Positions 35,262-48,655 are shown, counted from the first letter of the whole stretch. The stretch is DNA of 49,858 nucleotides, filler included, from Sphacelaria rigidula (GCA_964200075.2; 3 parts of 3 records of this genome joined end to end with filler, not necessarily neighbours in it), one strand, 5' to 3'. The notes: generated from the letters alone by a model not told the origin. Translations and numbers: made by a program.

Positions 35262-38200
35262 ATGAAGACCGCTGTTTTCGGGGTGGCGAGCCTGGTTCTG
35301 GGTGGCCTTCATGTCGCGAAGTGCTTCACGGTGAGGCCATGTGCGCGGCGAATGAATCAACAACAGTAGGTACGATACTGCCTGTAGACGGACAGAAAGA
35401 AAACACTACAGTGTTCTCTCTTCGTCACTCTACAGTCAGGATCGTACCTACAGTTGTGGTATGGTATGGTCAGTATAATTTGTGTACTATTGTACCCTAG
35501 ACTTGAGTTCACCGTGTTTTGATGTTGAGGATCGCGCGGATCATTTTGTTTCCATCCTTGATTTTCGACAGCTTCGAAGTACGGCGGCGTCAGCTGCCCG
35601 CTGTACTCAATCCGCAGCAATGGTTGCCTGACCCGTTTCACCCTCAATCCACTGAGCGCCGGGCCTCGTTTCGGCACAATATCTCGGCTGGCAGTCTTGC
35701 GCTATACGGTTGCACTGCCTTCATATAATCGTAGGATGTCCAAATCAGTTCACGTGCAGTTAGTCCGTGTCTTTCATTTTCCCTTCGATCGAAAAAGTGT
35801 GGCGAAGAAAAGTTAAGGTCCGTGAACTGGATCAGCAATGACGATACTGTCCATTAAATTGATGTTGAACTGGAACTGGGGACGAGGGCGCCAGTTGTAC
35901 TAGTATAGGTCACTCAGAGTTAACAGTTACCGGCTATATTTAATACCAATTTTAGTACAGGGCAGTCCCACGCTATTCCACAGCACTTTTCTGAGATTTC
36001 GAGTTCAATACAGTACAACAGTGGAGAAGTCCTAGGAGCCCATGAATTGGCACATGATGAATACCAGTGTATAATCGCATTGGTGAAGTCGGATTTGGTC
36101 CGGGGGTGCATGGTGGCGCAGGGGACGAGAAAATTGCCTTCCCCGGAAGTGCCTTCTACCGTAAATTCAGGGGGTGATATCCAAAGTTTTTGCCCATACC
36201 GTGCGAAAGCTAATTCGTTTTGCTTGGCATTAATGTTCGTTCGGGACGTTTAAAATATGGAAAATAACAGAAAATATCAAATATTTGCCTATCGGAAGAT
36301 TAAATGTCCGCATCCCTCCCAAATCAATTGTCACCGGGGAGGTATCTACCGCTTTCACCTGGTACACACGAGAGGGCATGCACCTAAAAAAACACACATC
36401 GACAGGGCGTGTAAACGATGAAGTATTTAACCCCGCCCCCCTCATTTCTCCCCACCCGAGTATGAAATCGCTCTATTCCCTTGCCTGGCATGATGGTTGT
36501 CGTTGATCATCATCGCCAGTTACATGAGCATTTCACGGTTCGGACGAATAAATCGTGATGTGACTCATCCTATACATTTGTACGAATCAATCATACGATT
36601 CGTACACAAGTTGTGATTCGCACGTGTATTGGGTTCGTGATTTGTGCGGCACTACTAGTGTCTAGTGTACACATTCCCAGTTCGTGATTCGTGCGGTACA
36701 CCGACGAATGTACAGTTCACGTTTTCTACCTTCGTTTCGCATGGTATGGGTCATAGGTACATGTTTCCCACCTTTAATTCGCATGGTATGAATCATAGGT
36801 ACATGTTTTATTGTTTTTATTCGTGCAGTATGAATCATAGGCACACGTCCACCACCTTCCATTCATACTCCATGAATCATAGGTACATGTTCCTCCCCGT
36901 CCATCCATGCAGCATGAACCGTAGGTACATGTTTTCCTCCTTCCAGTCATGAGAGGTGAATCAAGCGTACAGGGTTCCCCAGTTTCTGTTCATGCAGCAT
37001 AAATCATACGTGCATGTTTCCCACTGTTCATTTATGTAGCATGAATCGCACGCACACGTTCCCCGCCTCCTGTTCACATGACATGATCATTACAGTGTGT
37101 CTTTTCCCACATGTCATTGAAAGGGGGGCGACTCCGTGGTGGCGCGGTCATTTTGCAGGTGGGGTAGGCAAATAAGAGCGTGAAGGTCGATTACCTCTTC
37201 AGAGCCGAATCCGCCATCATAAACAGGGCGGTTCTTCCAGCCACTTTTCGCCCGAACTATGCTATTGAAAGCCTTCATGGTTTCATGTTGTGTTCTGTGG
37301 TACAGTCGAATTGACTCTACTGTATTCTTCACCACGAACACCTGCGGAGAAGACGGTACCAGCACGAGCCGTCGCCGCGTGTTCGCAGGAGTTTCCGGGA
37401 AAAGTCCGGCAGCGTACACTGCGGCCCGTGGACAGTACGGTCCAGCATGACGCAGCATCCATATGCGCGTATTGAGGGATTCTTCTTGGTGTTTATTTTC
37501 TCGAGTTAAGCTATTGACGACCTATGCGCGGTTTCATATTTTGTTCTGTGGTACAGTTGGCCTGGATGTGTGTACGTATATATGTATACAAGGTTCCCCA
37601 GGGGGAGGTTGGTACGAGCCTCCCGGAGATGGCGCAAGTCGAAAATATATGGTCAAGATAATCTACTGTTGTATCTCACTGTACAGTAGTGATCGTGGCT
37701 GTACAAAACATTGCATGTGCTATCGGATGTCGTTCGGAAACATGGGAATTCGGACGGAGGCCGACGGCGGAACCGCCGGCGCAGGACATGTGTGGTATAC
37801 CCGAGGTGCCAGAGTGCGAAGTAGCTCTCGTGCCACAAGGACATGACAGCGGTAGGCACTTCCCCGAAAAATTGGAATGCGTCGAACATTCTTGGCATGT
37901 TTTTTGTACATCACTGTGGCTTCCACATACCGGGCCTTTTTTCAACCCTTTTGGGACCGTTCATGTAAAATTGACGATTTACAATTGACATTTTTTCGGG
38001 CAAAAAAATGGTTGTTTTTCAACAGTCTTTGAGCAAACGATTCGCCCATAGCGTGTTTTTCAGACGCGTGCGAATGGAATGTAGAAGAAAAGAAGGTTAT
38101 CTATTTTTCGGTTGTGACGAATCGTTCGACCTGTCGGTGTTTCCTAACCTCGGCCAGAGTGCACGGCAGGCCTCCGTGAAGCAATCTTGACGCCGCACCT

Positions 38201-41200
38201 GCACGCGCCTCCCCTTGCAGTTGATGCTTTGTGCCGCATCATAGCAAGCCTGCGCCTAAGTTGCAATGACGAAGGCGACGCCGACGGCACGTTTACCTCA
38301 GTCATGCCCCCGTCTACTGTCTGTATTCGGAGACAGTCGCCGTCAGGCCCTGTGAGGATGTGTTCACCTACTCCTCTGAACTGCCTGTGATGATGATATT
38401 TTTAGCTTCTTTCAAGTGTAGACTGACGTCACGCACGTTACTGTACTCTGTCGTTCGCGTTTATACGACACCTACTGTGGTTTGATCATTCCATAACGCC
38501 GACGTGGATGCCATGTACCCCGCCGTTATACATACCCCTCGTGCACCGTAGGCGGTGGGCGTCACTTTGGCATATCCGATACAGGCTGTCACTTTGTAGG
38601 CTGTGATCTTACGGTATATCTCATCCTGCGATTTGTGCTGTACGTTTCCACGATGCCACCTCTATACTGTGGGTTGATCATGCCTGAACGTTGCACAACC
38701 GTACTTTATGCTGCGTGAGGTTTGTGATTCCGGCTGGCGCTATCGCGTTCGGACCGTCTTTCCTCGTGGGCGGCGTTTGGGTTTCTTGCAATGATATTCC
38801 AAACCTTCTGTCTTCTTGCATGGAATACCGTAACATTGTTTTTCGGCTATACTCGACTGTAGTGACGTGTGTTCACTGATTGTAGTTGTAGTTGGGTTAG
38901 GCTGGTTGCGAAAGGCTGTCCCGGTCGGTTGTCGACCGTTTGCTAGTATATCGCCTGTCTGGACGCTTGCAATCACGTCTGCCTGGTATCTCCTGAATGA
39001 TCTGCGTGCCTCGCAGCATTTTCTCTTGCCGCGGTCACGGTGTTGACGTCCGGTAGGCGAGTGAGGGGGGCGGTGCGCGCCAGGGGGTAATGGGCTACCC
39101 CAACCGCTCTAGCAATTTCTTATGCGAAACATCTAGCAGCGTCCTGGCCGTGCTTCTCTGCCACCTCTTCCAGCTTGACGTTAATTGCATATGGGTCGCT
39201 CTTGAGCGCTTCCACATGTGATGACGGGATTTCCACTTGTTCGGCCATATCATTGTCGCCGTGTACTGTGGCTTTCTACGCTCGCTTAGGCTCGATGATG
39301 CGGCCCACCCAAACGGTGCACCACTCTAATTTCAAGTATACTAGTGCAATACTCGAAGTTCAAGTATATTGATGGGCCATACTCGTGCACCGAACTCAAA
39401 TTGACGTTTTTCCCACTGACGAAGATCGCATATGGGAGTTTGTACTGTTTCCCGAGAGTTTTGTCGATGCATACAATTGGACACACTTCGCCCATTGCGT
39501 GCTTTTAATGGACAAACCCAATCCGACCGCTTTGGGGCTTCATTTTCGGTTCATCCATGACGTACGCTTCTCGAGTCTTTTTTGGTCTTCAAGAGTAAAA
39601 ATGGTTGTCGTCGGTTTTTTCCGTTTCCATCTTTTCTTTGTCAGAACTTGAAATAATGAGGCGTCTGGCCCGGGGACGGGGCGGGAGGGTTCCAAAAGGG
39701 TTAAAAACAGGGTGATTGTTTTTCGGCAAAACATTTCTGTGCTGCCGTGCTGCCGTGCTGCTGTGCCTTGTTCAAGTCGCCAACAGCCTTTTGCACGGTC
39801 TTGTGTTGCTGCTGACAAAGGCCAAGGCAATGTTCAATTATTTTCAACTGCTTTGCTCTCATGCTCTCGTGACATGGCAGCATTACCGGAGTGTTCGTGC
39901 TCCCAAATGAACGAGAACGCGACAAAGAGAAACACGGGAAAAAAATACCCCAAAAGTAATCCTGTTTCAACTTTGCATGATCTTCATCAGGCTTTTGTGG
40001 TTCGGGTTCCTCTCTCAAGTTTTCCATGATCTTCAAGAGGCTTTTGTGGTTCGGGATGAACACCTCGCGAAAAAGGGCCAGTTTGAGCGACTGGCCAGAA
40101 CACGCGCCAGAGGTATCAGATGACGCCAAAACCTGAACGGTAATATACCGCTGAGCCTTCTCAGTGCGCTGCAACAGAAAGCGTGGGAAAAAATGCCTTG
40201 CCGCCAAAGAAATCTCGGCAAAGTGGTGAAACATGTGAAATGTGATATATATATATATACAAGAGTAAGCAGATAGCTTCAGACTGCACCAATACTGCAA
40301 GAGTCGTCCCTGCCTGTTCGCATGAGTTTTCGGACACACTCCGGCAGCGCCCACTGCAGTCAGCGGACAGTACAATACAGTACCGTACGGCAAAGCATAG
40401 TACTGTGCAAGATGTACGGCGCACAACAGACAGCAGCAGCACGAAACCATCCATTCATCCGGTATGAATCCTAGGCACATGGTGTATTTCTCCCCTTGAT
40501 TGATGTCACGTGATTTATGCCCATGTTTTTCATCTTGCAGTCGTGCAGCATGAATCGTCGGTGTATGTTTCCCACCTTCCCATCATACCAGGTAAATCAA
40601 GCGTACATGCATCTCCCCATTTATTCATGCAACCTGAATCATGGGTACATGTTCCTCACCTTCCATTCATACGAGGTGAATCAAGCGTACATGCTTCCAA
40701 TTTCCGTTCATGCAGCATAAATCATACGTGTACTTGTTCCCCCCTTCCTTTTCACACGAGATGAATCAAGTGTACATGTTTCCCACCAGTGGTTCATACA
40801 GTAATTGTGATTTGTACTTATTTTGAACTCTTGATTTGTGACACTAATTCGTGATTCGTGCGCTATGGCCTTGAATGTACAACATTACCATCTGTGATTC
40901 ATGCCGGATGACTCCTTGGTACATGGCTCGCATGATTCGTTTCCGACACTCATCGGGAGACAGTCCGTATAAAGTCTGATTCATCCGGACCGTGAAGCAT
41001 TTACACACGAATGGTACTCGCTCTCGCCCTACGATATTTTCAGTTTGTTTGATATTTTGTCATGTTTTGCTCGTCTCAGGGCTCTGGTGGCGGTCGATCG
41101 CTGCGTGCACCAAACCGAAGATCGGTCAAATTGGCGAGCTCTGTTCCTGTTGCTCCGACAGAAGATGCCGGAGTGATCTCGGTTGATCGCTTCGCAGCAA

Positions 41201-44200
41201 ATGAAGCTCCGACCATCGAGCTCCCTAGCAGCGTGCTCAGCAATTCCGCCTTGGTCGCTGGTAACGTAAGTTTGCACCTTGCGTGCCGAGATAAATTTGC
41301 GTACCGCGGTTGTCAGTAATGCTTGTGTGATCTATGAAGTGTACGGGTATAGTTGTCGCACTGTATATCATTGCTCTGTTTTGCAGCGTCGTACAGTTGT
41401 GAGACATACCGTCTACGCATCTCTTTTTTTGTCTCTTCGAGGGTACTTCACTTGGTATTTATCACGAAGCGACTTGAACACGTATCTACGATTCGTCAGT
41501 TGTCCTATCACCGTCCATTACCCCCCACCCTTCGGGGCCGGTCGTTGACTGTCTCGAAAATCCGGTCTCTGATGGTCCCGCCATCATTTTGAGGAAGACA
41601 TAAGATCAGGCGTAGGTGGTCGCTGAAAAATCGAGTAGACGCAACATGAATTCCCGGGTTTTGACTCATGGCCTTCAGGATTTCAGCAGCGTAGCATGGC
41701 TGAGCGGGCGAGGCTGAGAGGTACCTTCTTGCCTATGTGCTCACAACGCAAAAGCCGACCCAGGTCACCCTCCCTTCCCCTACTCTCAACACCACGAGCT
41801 CCCGCTTAGGCCGAAGGGGTTTGTGACGGGGAAACCCTCACCACTGCAATTGCATGGGCATTGCTTTTGTTTGTATTACCTTGTAGTCGTCTTGCCCAGT
41901 TGGCTGTGGTGGGAAACGTTCCGCAGGTAACCATGACGCACGAAATGAAAACACCACCCAACCAAATCCGCGCAAGGCTCAAAGCACTAGCATCCCGATC
42001 AATTACGCCATACCGTGCAGCTGCTCATCTAGAGCTGTGTGTGTTGGCCACATACATGTACTGCGATACTGCTGTTGGCGCGACCACGACCACTGGACTC
42101 CGTTCACAATTCAATGTCCTGAGGCGGCAGTACTGCCGGCCCCCGGCGTTTTCACGAATATCTTTGACGCGCGTCGTCCGTGCATTCCCTGCGTGAGAGT
42201 CACTCAAGACATCTGACCCCGGCCCGAGCTTTCAGGGTGTTTTCCTGACGCCTCGTGTACAGTACCACAGAAGGGAATTCACCTCCTTGTCCGTTCTGTA
42301 CGGATTTGTAAGTTAGGTCCTCTTGTCGTGAAGTCAGGACTAATGTGGCACGTAAATGTATATGCATATGCTGAATAAAAGATAGTTTCCCGTGAAGTTT
42401 GAGAGTTTGAATGAGCGGCGAAAGCAATGCTACACGCTCAAAAGTGCTGTACATTTGAACCCTATGAGCGCAAGTCCACTATCGGAAAAATATCGCTGGC
42501 TGGCGACCACGGAGGGGTGATATGGGCCATAAATGTAATCTGAAGACCTCATCACCTATATGGTCGAATCACTTGACCAAACGTTATGGGGGCAATATGA
42601 TGTCATCACTGGGGACGAGATCACATCATTTTTTTGGTCGAAAACACTCCGGTAGTCTGGAGTTGAGATTGCTGGTCGATAGATATGCGACTGTGGCTGA
42701 AGTGACGGTTACAGCCTTGACTCCCGCGCCGGCGTCGCGGCGCCATTCATGTGCACGACCCAAGGTTCAGCGAAATGGGAGCGCAGCTCGCGCAAGTCAC
42801 GAATTGCCAATGCTGGGGGCGTTCAGAATAACCTTGCCTCGCCTAAAACAGAATCGCGGCTGTCGAGTTATGCCAAGAGCGTGAGACATTTCATGTTTAC
42901 GCGTGACTGTCAGCACAGTGCGAATATTTTCGTGGACTGTCGTGTAGGGGCATGACTCATTCTACAGCGGAAATTGAACGGAGCTGCTAATATTGACATG
43001 TATGTGAGAAGAAGGTCGACCCATTCATCGTGACTTCTGCCAGAGCATCGTTGTACTTGTGCTTTTGAACAGCGCCTAGTTACACACATGAAACACCGTG
43101 GCTACGCTACCGTCGAGGTTTTTGTGTACCTGTCTCTTTGCAACGGTAACAGGGCCGACACATTCGTGATCGCATCACCGAATTTCTCAAGATGGGGACT
43201 GTACAACATGACAGTATATTGTACATGTACACCGTGGTGTGCGCTGGTGTCTGGTACAGTACAGTGCAGTCAGTGTGCGACTTGCATCCTGTGGCGGACT
43301 AACCCGTGACGCACGAATACAGTAAATGCTTTCTTGTCCCCAATGAACACGAGAGACTTGAAGGATGGCGAGGGCATGCTACACCTGTGCAAAAAACTAC
43401 AGCGTGTTGGCTGACCGCGAGTCCTGCTTCGCTATTTTGATATGATGAATGTCAAAGTTTGAACGTTAGTTCCGGGCGCGCCTTTGCGTATAGCATGATT
43501 GAAGCATACTCAAAATGCGTGGACCCTGTACAGTTCATTTCCAGCCAAGATAGTGGAGAATAAACACACTGAACATTCACCAGAAAATACAGCAGCAGGA
43601 GAGATGATAGCTACTGTAAAAAAATGACTTTTTTCAGTCCTGTAGGCGCACCTTCTGTTACCATGCATCACACGTACCGTGCTTTATGATTGTACTTGTA
43701 CTTGTTCATGCTTACTTTCCCTCCGTTTTCTGTATGGATGTAATTCCTGATGGAGCACTGATGCAGAGCACTCGACACGTATATCGGGCGCTGTAATAGT
43801 CGTCTTTACATGCATGGAAAACGTGTGACACCTGCTGTGTAATGAGTAACCGCGTAGGAGTGCCTACGCCTCACGACCCTAAATCGCATAAGAAATACCC
43901 CAAACCATCCCATTCTAAACTACTCATGGTATACATATGCTGTACTTGTGGATGTTGCAGCGCAATCCGAATTTGAAATTATGATTACGTAGTCACATCC
44001 TGGGTTTTTTCCCACTTGGAGAGAGAGGAAAAATCAGCGAAAACCGACGGGCTGCAGGAGTGGTGATAGTGGTGATAGTCCTGACACAATGCTCGACAAA
44101 AAATAATCGTCACAAATGTCATGCGGGGGGAGACACGTGTAGATTTCCCTGGAACTATGGATGCGCGTACGGTAAAGGTTGAAGAGATGAAAACTTGCTA

Positions 44201-46042
44201 CCTTATGGTGATGCAGTTCGTTCAGTCCGTGAAGTTAGACCCTGAACAGTTTCGAACAGCTCCTTTTTCAGGCACACGATATCGAAAATGGGAAGCACCC
44301 TCTGTTGGAGAAAATTCTGAGGGATGACAATGACCCTTGATTTTGCGCCGTCGGGTATGATCGTCCACAATGTACGTTCACATGGCGTTCGTAACTCCGT
44401 ACTTTATGCTGTGCAATATATTAAAGCCACCGCGTGCATAAGCAGGATCATGTACGCACGGTGCAGCTCTTCATGTAGGTGTCATTCTCGTTGCGGTAAA
44501 TCGTGGGAAAAAATAATCCCCAACCTGCATACTCCCCGCAGCAACCGTGCTAGTGTGAATTGATGACGTCACCATTGTTGTCTTTCTCGCCTGTCGCAGA
44601 TGATTGGTGCTGGTGTCCTTGCTTTACCACAAGTTACAAGTGCACCTGGATTTCTTCTGAGTTCAGCCGCAATGGTCATGGTCTGGGGCTACTGCGTCGC
44701 TTCGGGTCTGATTGTGGCGGAATGCGCTGGGGGTGGGCGGGAGTCTATTCAAGAAATGGCGGAGGCCTCAATCGGTCGAACAGCAGGAAACGCCATGTGC
44801 GCCACTTTTCTGGCCTCCAATTACCTGCTACTGATCGCCTATATATGCCAAGGGTCGTCCCTGATTTCAGGCCTGCCCGTATTTTCACCGACCTGGTGCC
44901 CACCGCTTTTGACGCAGTGCATAACGGACTTTCACCTTGCCCCGCTGGCATTTACTGCGGTAGTCGGGTGCGCGAGCTTGTGGGGTCCTGCACGCCTCGT
45001 GGAAAACGTCAACACGGCACTGGTGGGCGTGGTCGGTTTGTCATTTGTGGGCCTTCTGGGCATGGGTATTCCCCATATGGACGTGCCGTCGTTGGGTCTA
45101 ACGCCAGACTCTTCTGCGCTACCTGGAATGCTGCCAGTTGCCGTGTGCGCTCTAACCTTTCAAAACGTCGTCCCCGCCGTTTCGAAAAACCTCGGAGGGG
45201 ATAAGATGAAGATACGTTCATCGCTTGCCATCGGATCGGGTGTGCCACTCTGTATATGTGAGTTATGTACACTTAGATGATCACGCATTACCTCAGGATC
45301 CGTTTCCTTTTTCTTTCTCGAACATAATCACGGTGTGCTGTCTGTGCACTGTACTGCACTGCACTGTACTGCGGGGATGGAGTACGAAGGTCCATGGGAG
45401 TGACAATATGTGTCGATGCCTTCGCTGTTTGTCTTGACTTATTGCCCCATGTTTTCCTGTGGTGCTCACGCAGACGTCCTGTGGAATGCTGTTGTTCTCG
45501 GAAATGCGGGATTCCTCAATACTAGTGGGGGAGCGGATTTGTCACCGATGGAATCGCTGGCCGCCAGCTCACCTATTTTGGGACTGCTGGTGGGAGTTTT
45601 CAGCATGGCGGCCATCATCACGTCTTTTTGGGGAGCCGCGTTCTCCCTTATGATCGAATGTACTCACTTGGTGGACGCATTTGTCACCTCCGGTTCTCTG
45701 CTGGATACAAAAGGACAGTTTCCTCTGGCCGATGACGCCGACTCCATTAGCGAAGTGGCTCATCATGACGGAATTGTGAAAACTACGGCGGCGACCCTCG
45801 TTCTGGTTCCACCCGCACTTGTAAGTATGGCTTGCCCGGACTCTTTCCTGAGCGCGCTTCAATACACGGGCGTTTACGTAGACCCGTTCCTTTACGGGCT
45901 GGTACCTGCCGTTATGGCCTACCGTCTGCGCGATGGCGTCAACCACAGCCAGCAAATGCCTGGCGGCTCAGGTGCGCTTTTTGGCGTTGCAGCCGCGACG
46001 GCTGGATTCATAGTTTGGCAAACGTTGTTGAGCACAGTCTGA
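35262..46042 (+). CDS. Aromatic amino-acid permease (TyrP/Mtr, HAAAP family), predicted plastid-targeted; exons 35262-35330, 41080-41265, 44600-45257, 45474-46042 (493 aa)
   Basis: All junctions are GT-AG with compatible phase and give ALVAGN|MIGAGVLALP, FQNVVP, GSGVPLCI|YVLWN and AIITSFWG, typical of Trp/Tyr permeases, with many hydrophobic segments. Exon 1 (MKTAVFGVASLVLGGLHVAKC-FT) is inferred. Confidence 0.8.
36735..37085 (+). repeat. 42-bp minisatellite, about 8 degenerate units
   Basis: Approximate consensus AGCATGAATCATAGGTACATGTTTCCCACCTTCCATTCATGC, period 42. Confidence 0.85.
37946..39700. mobile_element. Nested piggyBac-like non-autonomous element
   Basis: TCAA|CCCTTTTGGGACC ... 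GGTTCCAAAAGGG|TTAA: a 13-bp TIR with one mismatch and a TTAA-type TSD. Confidence 0.6.
40460..40800 (+). repeat. 42-bp minisatellite, same family and same orientation as 36735-37085
   Basis: T(G/A)AATC..G.GTACATG recurs every approximately 42 bp (about 40551, 40593, 40635, 40677, 40718, 40763). Confidence 0.85.
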
Positions 46043-46399
46043 GAGTACTCCTCATGTGCGAAGTCAGCACGGCAAACCGAATAAGCGGCGTTTTGCAAGT
46101 TTTGCGAGCTGGAAAGGGGACTCTCAGCGGGAATGTGTGAAAAATGAGTGTAGAGTAGGTTCGGTTCGAGTTTGCTTCGGAAAACGCTTTGGGTACAGCG
46201 GCCGTATCAAAATTTTGAATGGTGTCCACGGCTCTCAATTTCGTGTATATCGTTTATATTTCACGCCGACGTTGTTTGCTCGAGTTGTAGGTGGTGAGCA
46301 CGAAGCCCACGCCTCCTTGAACACACTTTTATTTTTTGTTGGCGGGGGTATCTTCGGTGGTGTTGTGAGGCGTTTCGAGTAGGCAGTGGTGCATGAGGA

Positions 46400-47700
46400 G
46401 TGGTGGCACGAGTTATCTTCATGCAAGTGAGGGTATGGTTTCCCACGTTCTTCATAACTAAAGTGATATGTCTCCTTGATTGAAGCTCTCGGCGTATTCT
46501 TTGAAATACCCTTGATTGTAAATAAGATGAGGTGTAAATTGCGGAAGGACTTGTGGTTCGCTTAGCACAAAGAGGGGTGAAGTACGTTGATTGTTTGCGA
46601 GATTTTTGCCAATGCACTATCCACATTGTCGTGAGCACACTAGCCATCAATGTTATTTTACAAGTTTTTGGAAGTGGAGTGAGTGTAGGTCTCGATTGGT
46701 TGTCGCACATTACATGAATTGATCCGCTGCGAATACAACCGTGCTCACGAGATGGACATTGTCAATGTAAATAAATAACCCACCACATGCGCCGGAGGTA
46801 GAGCTGGCTGTATGCTCTGGAGAAAGAAGCAACGAGCGTGCTCATGTAGCATAGTTAGGCGTAATGGCATTGCAGCTGTGGTGGTACGTACAATAGTTGG
46901 TGTCGTGAACAGTTATCAGAATGTATGTGACATGACAACACTACGGGGTGTAGAGCTAACGAACGAGCAATATATATATCGACGTTGCTGTCATGACATT
47001 GACTGCAAATGTGCGGATATCTACGATATTGCATCGTCAGGAGAGCTGAAGATACTGGGGAATGGTGATAGAGCACGTACAGTTCAAAGGAGCTCAGTGC
47101 TACCGAAGGTGTATCCCGCTATTTCGTTGTTTTGGTGTGGGAGATAGTTTGGGAAGGGTAGACCATCTAAAACATAATTTTGAGGTCTGGACATTGAGCG
47201 ATTGAAGAGTTGATGGCAGCATGGTCGATGAATTACTTCACAAGTAGGTTCAGATGGCCTGTTGAAACTAACAAATTTGCAGGAAACTCGTACCTCCGTT
47301 GTCTTGAACTTTTTTTTCATGAAGCGGATCGGGAGGCGTGAACGGTTGTGTTATGGTGGTTAGTTGAGGGTTGTCCAATGTCTATTATTTTCTTCCGCGA
47401 ACGGTGTTGATCGGGGCTGGAAATTGCCGTCCAGTTTTCGCGGTCATTTTGCCACGTCGCAACTCTCTCGTTCTGCTCGCTCGAGTTACTCAAGAATTCA
47501 CGGAATGTTCAACGGATGGCTTCCTCAAAATTTTCCACGGCGAGCAACAAGTCTGCTGTGTGCGACTGGGTACAACGTCTGTTTGTCGATCCATCCGCTG
47601 GCGGTGGTGGTTATGTCAGTTTCTCTTGTGCAGTGACGGTATTAAGGTTGTGCTCCTCATACTCGACGGTTGGAGAGATGAAGTAGAGATCATGGAGACA
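46400..47700 (-). mobile_element. Decayed Ty1/copia RT remnant
   Basis: Minus frame SGWIDKQ...HSRLVARRGKF resembles the copia KW..K...KARLVARGF motif. It is followed by LQIC*FQQAI and LQSLNVQTS..CF, with many stops. Confidence 0.45.
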
Positions 47701-48224
47701 TGATGTGAGATTTGGCTACTCTGCTCGTGGTGAGATTTCTTCAGATGAACTAAATGAGAATGCAGCGGTTTTCATCTATGGCCGAGTGTTGTGAGCTACG
47801 AAAACAAAACTCTTCAGGAAGTGCATATCTCGGCGATTCAGCGCCAATCTGCGGAAAACGCGACTTTATGAGTTGTTCCACCTCGGGAGGGTTGTTACTT
47901 ATTCTTGCACACTTTTCCGATCCCAAGTGCGACCCTGTCTTGATCTCGCTCGATCTGACAACTTCTCAAACAACCCCAACAATACTGTGTTCCTCTGAGA
48001 TATTCATGCGCTTTGTGAAGAGCTCAAAGGTTTTCGTGGAAAGTACGGGAAACTGCTGGCTAGATGCGGCAAAATATCAGACTGCGCGCACGAAAGATGC
48101 GCAAAAGTGCGCTGGAATCCTCGCGTAAAGTGCAGCAAGTTTTTGCGGGATGGCACGATTCGCTAAGCCGCGTATTCCGGCAAAAAACGCCCCTGAGGCC
48201 GTCCCTGACAATTGGCGATCGTTT

Positions 48225-48655
48225 TGGTTGGATTTTTCCATATTGACACATTCGACCCAGTTTTTGGCCCCGAAACAGGGAATATTGCCATCACATGTCT
48301 TGGATATACTTTGCATCACCCCACTCCACCGAGAGGAGTCGAGCCCTCTGTCACGATTCGTTTTGGCTTCGAGGTTTCGAGAGTCACCAGTAGACGACAA
48401 TAATGTAACTGTACTGAAAAATGTGAGTATGGCGTGGAAATATTGGAAAAGCACTGCAGACACCGTGGTTATTCATGTTAAACTAAAGTTTTGCTCGGGG
48501 GCCATTCTCGAAACCTCGGAGCTAAACGAATCGGACAAGGAGGCTAGACTCTTCTCGGTAGGATGACGCAAAGCGTCTAAGATATGTGATGGCGATATGC
48601 CCTGTTTGGGGGCCAAAAACTGGGTCAAATGTCCCATCACTGAAGAATCCAACCA
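48225..48655. mobile_element. Older fold-back MITE related to the 15518-15993 family
   Basis: GACCCAGTTTTTGGCCCCGAAACAGGG / CCCTGTTTGGGGCCAAAAACTGGGTC arms. It shares ACTTTGCATCACCCCAC and GATTCG.TT.GGCT.C.AGGT.TCGAGAGT with the 15.5-kb element. Confidence 0.7.

Larger units (their letters stand above)
36534..40994. mobile_element. 4.46-kb non-autonomous TIR element in permease intron 1
   Basis: 16-bp TIRs CACGGTTCGGACGAAT / ATTCATCCGGACCGTG (14/16 match). Flanks are GAGCATTT and AAGCATTT (TSD). 42-bp arrays lie inside both ends. Confidence 0.7.

Noticed and set aside
36735-37085. CRISPR-like repeat/spacer appearance (also 40460-40800)
   Set aside because: The apparent spacers are homologous to each other, the repeats are degenerate, the context is eukaryotic and no cas genes are present. 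It is a 42-bp minisatellite.
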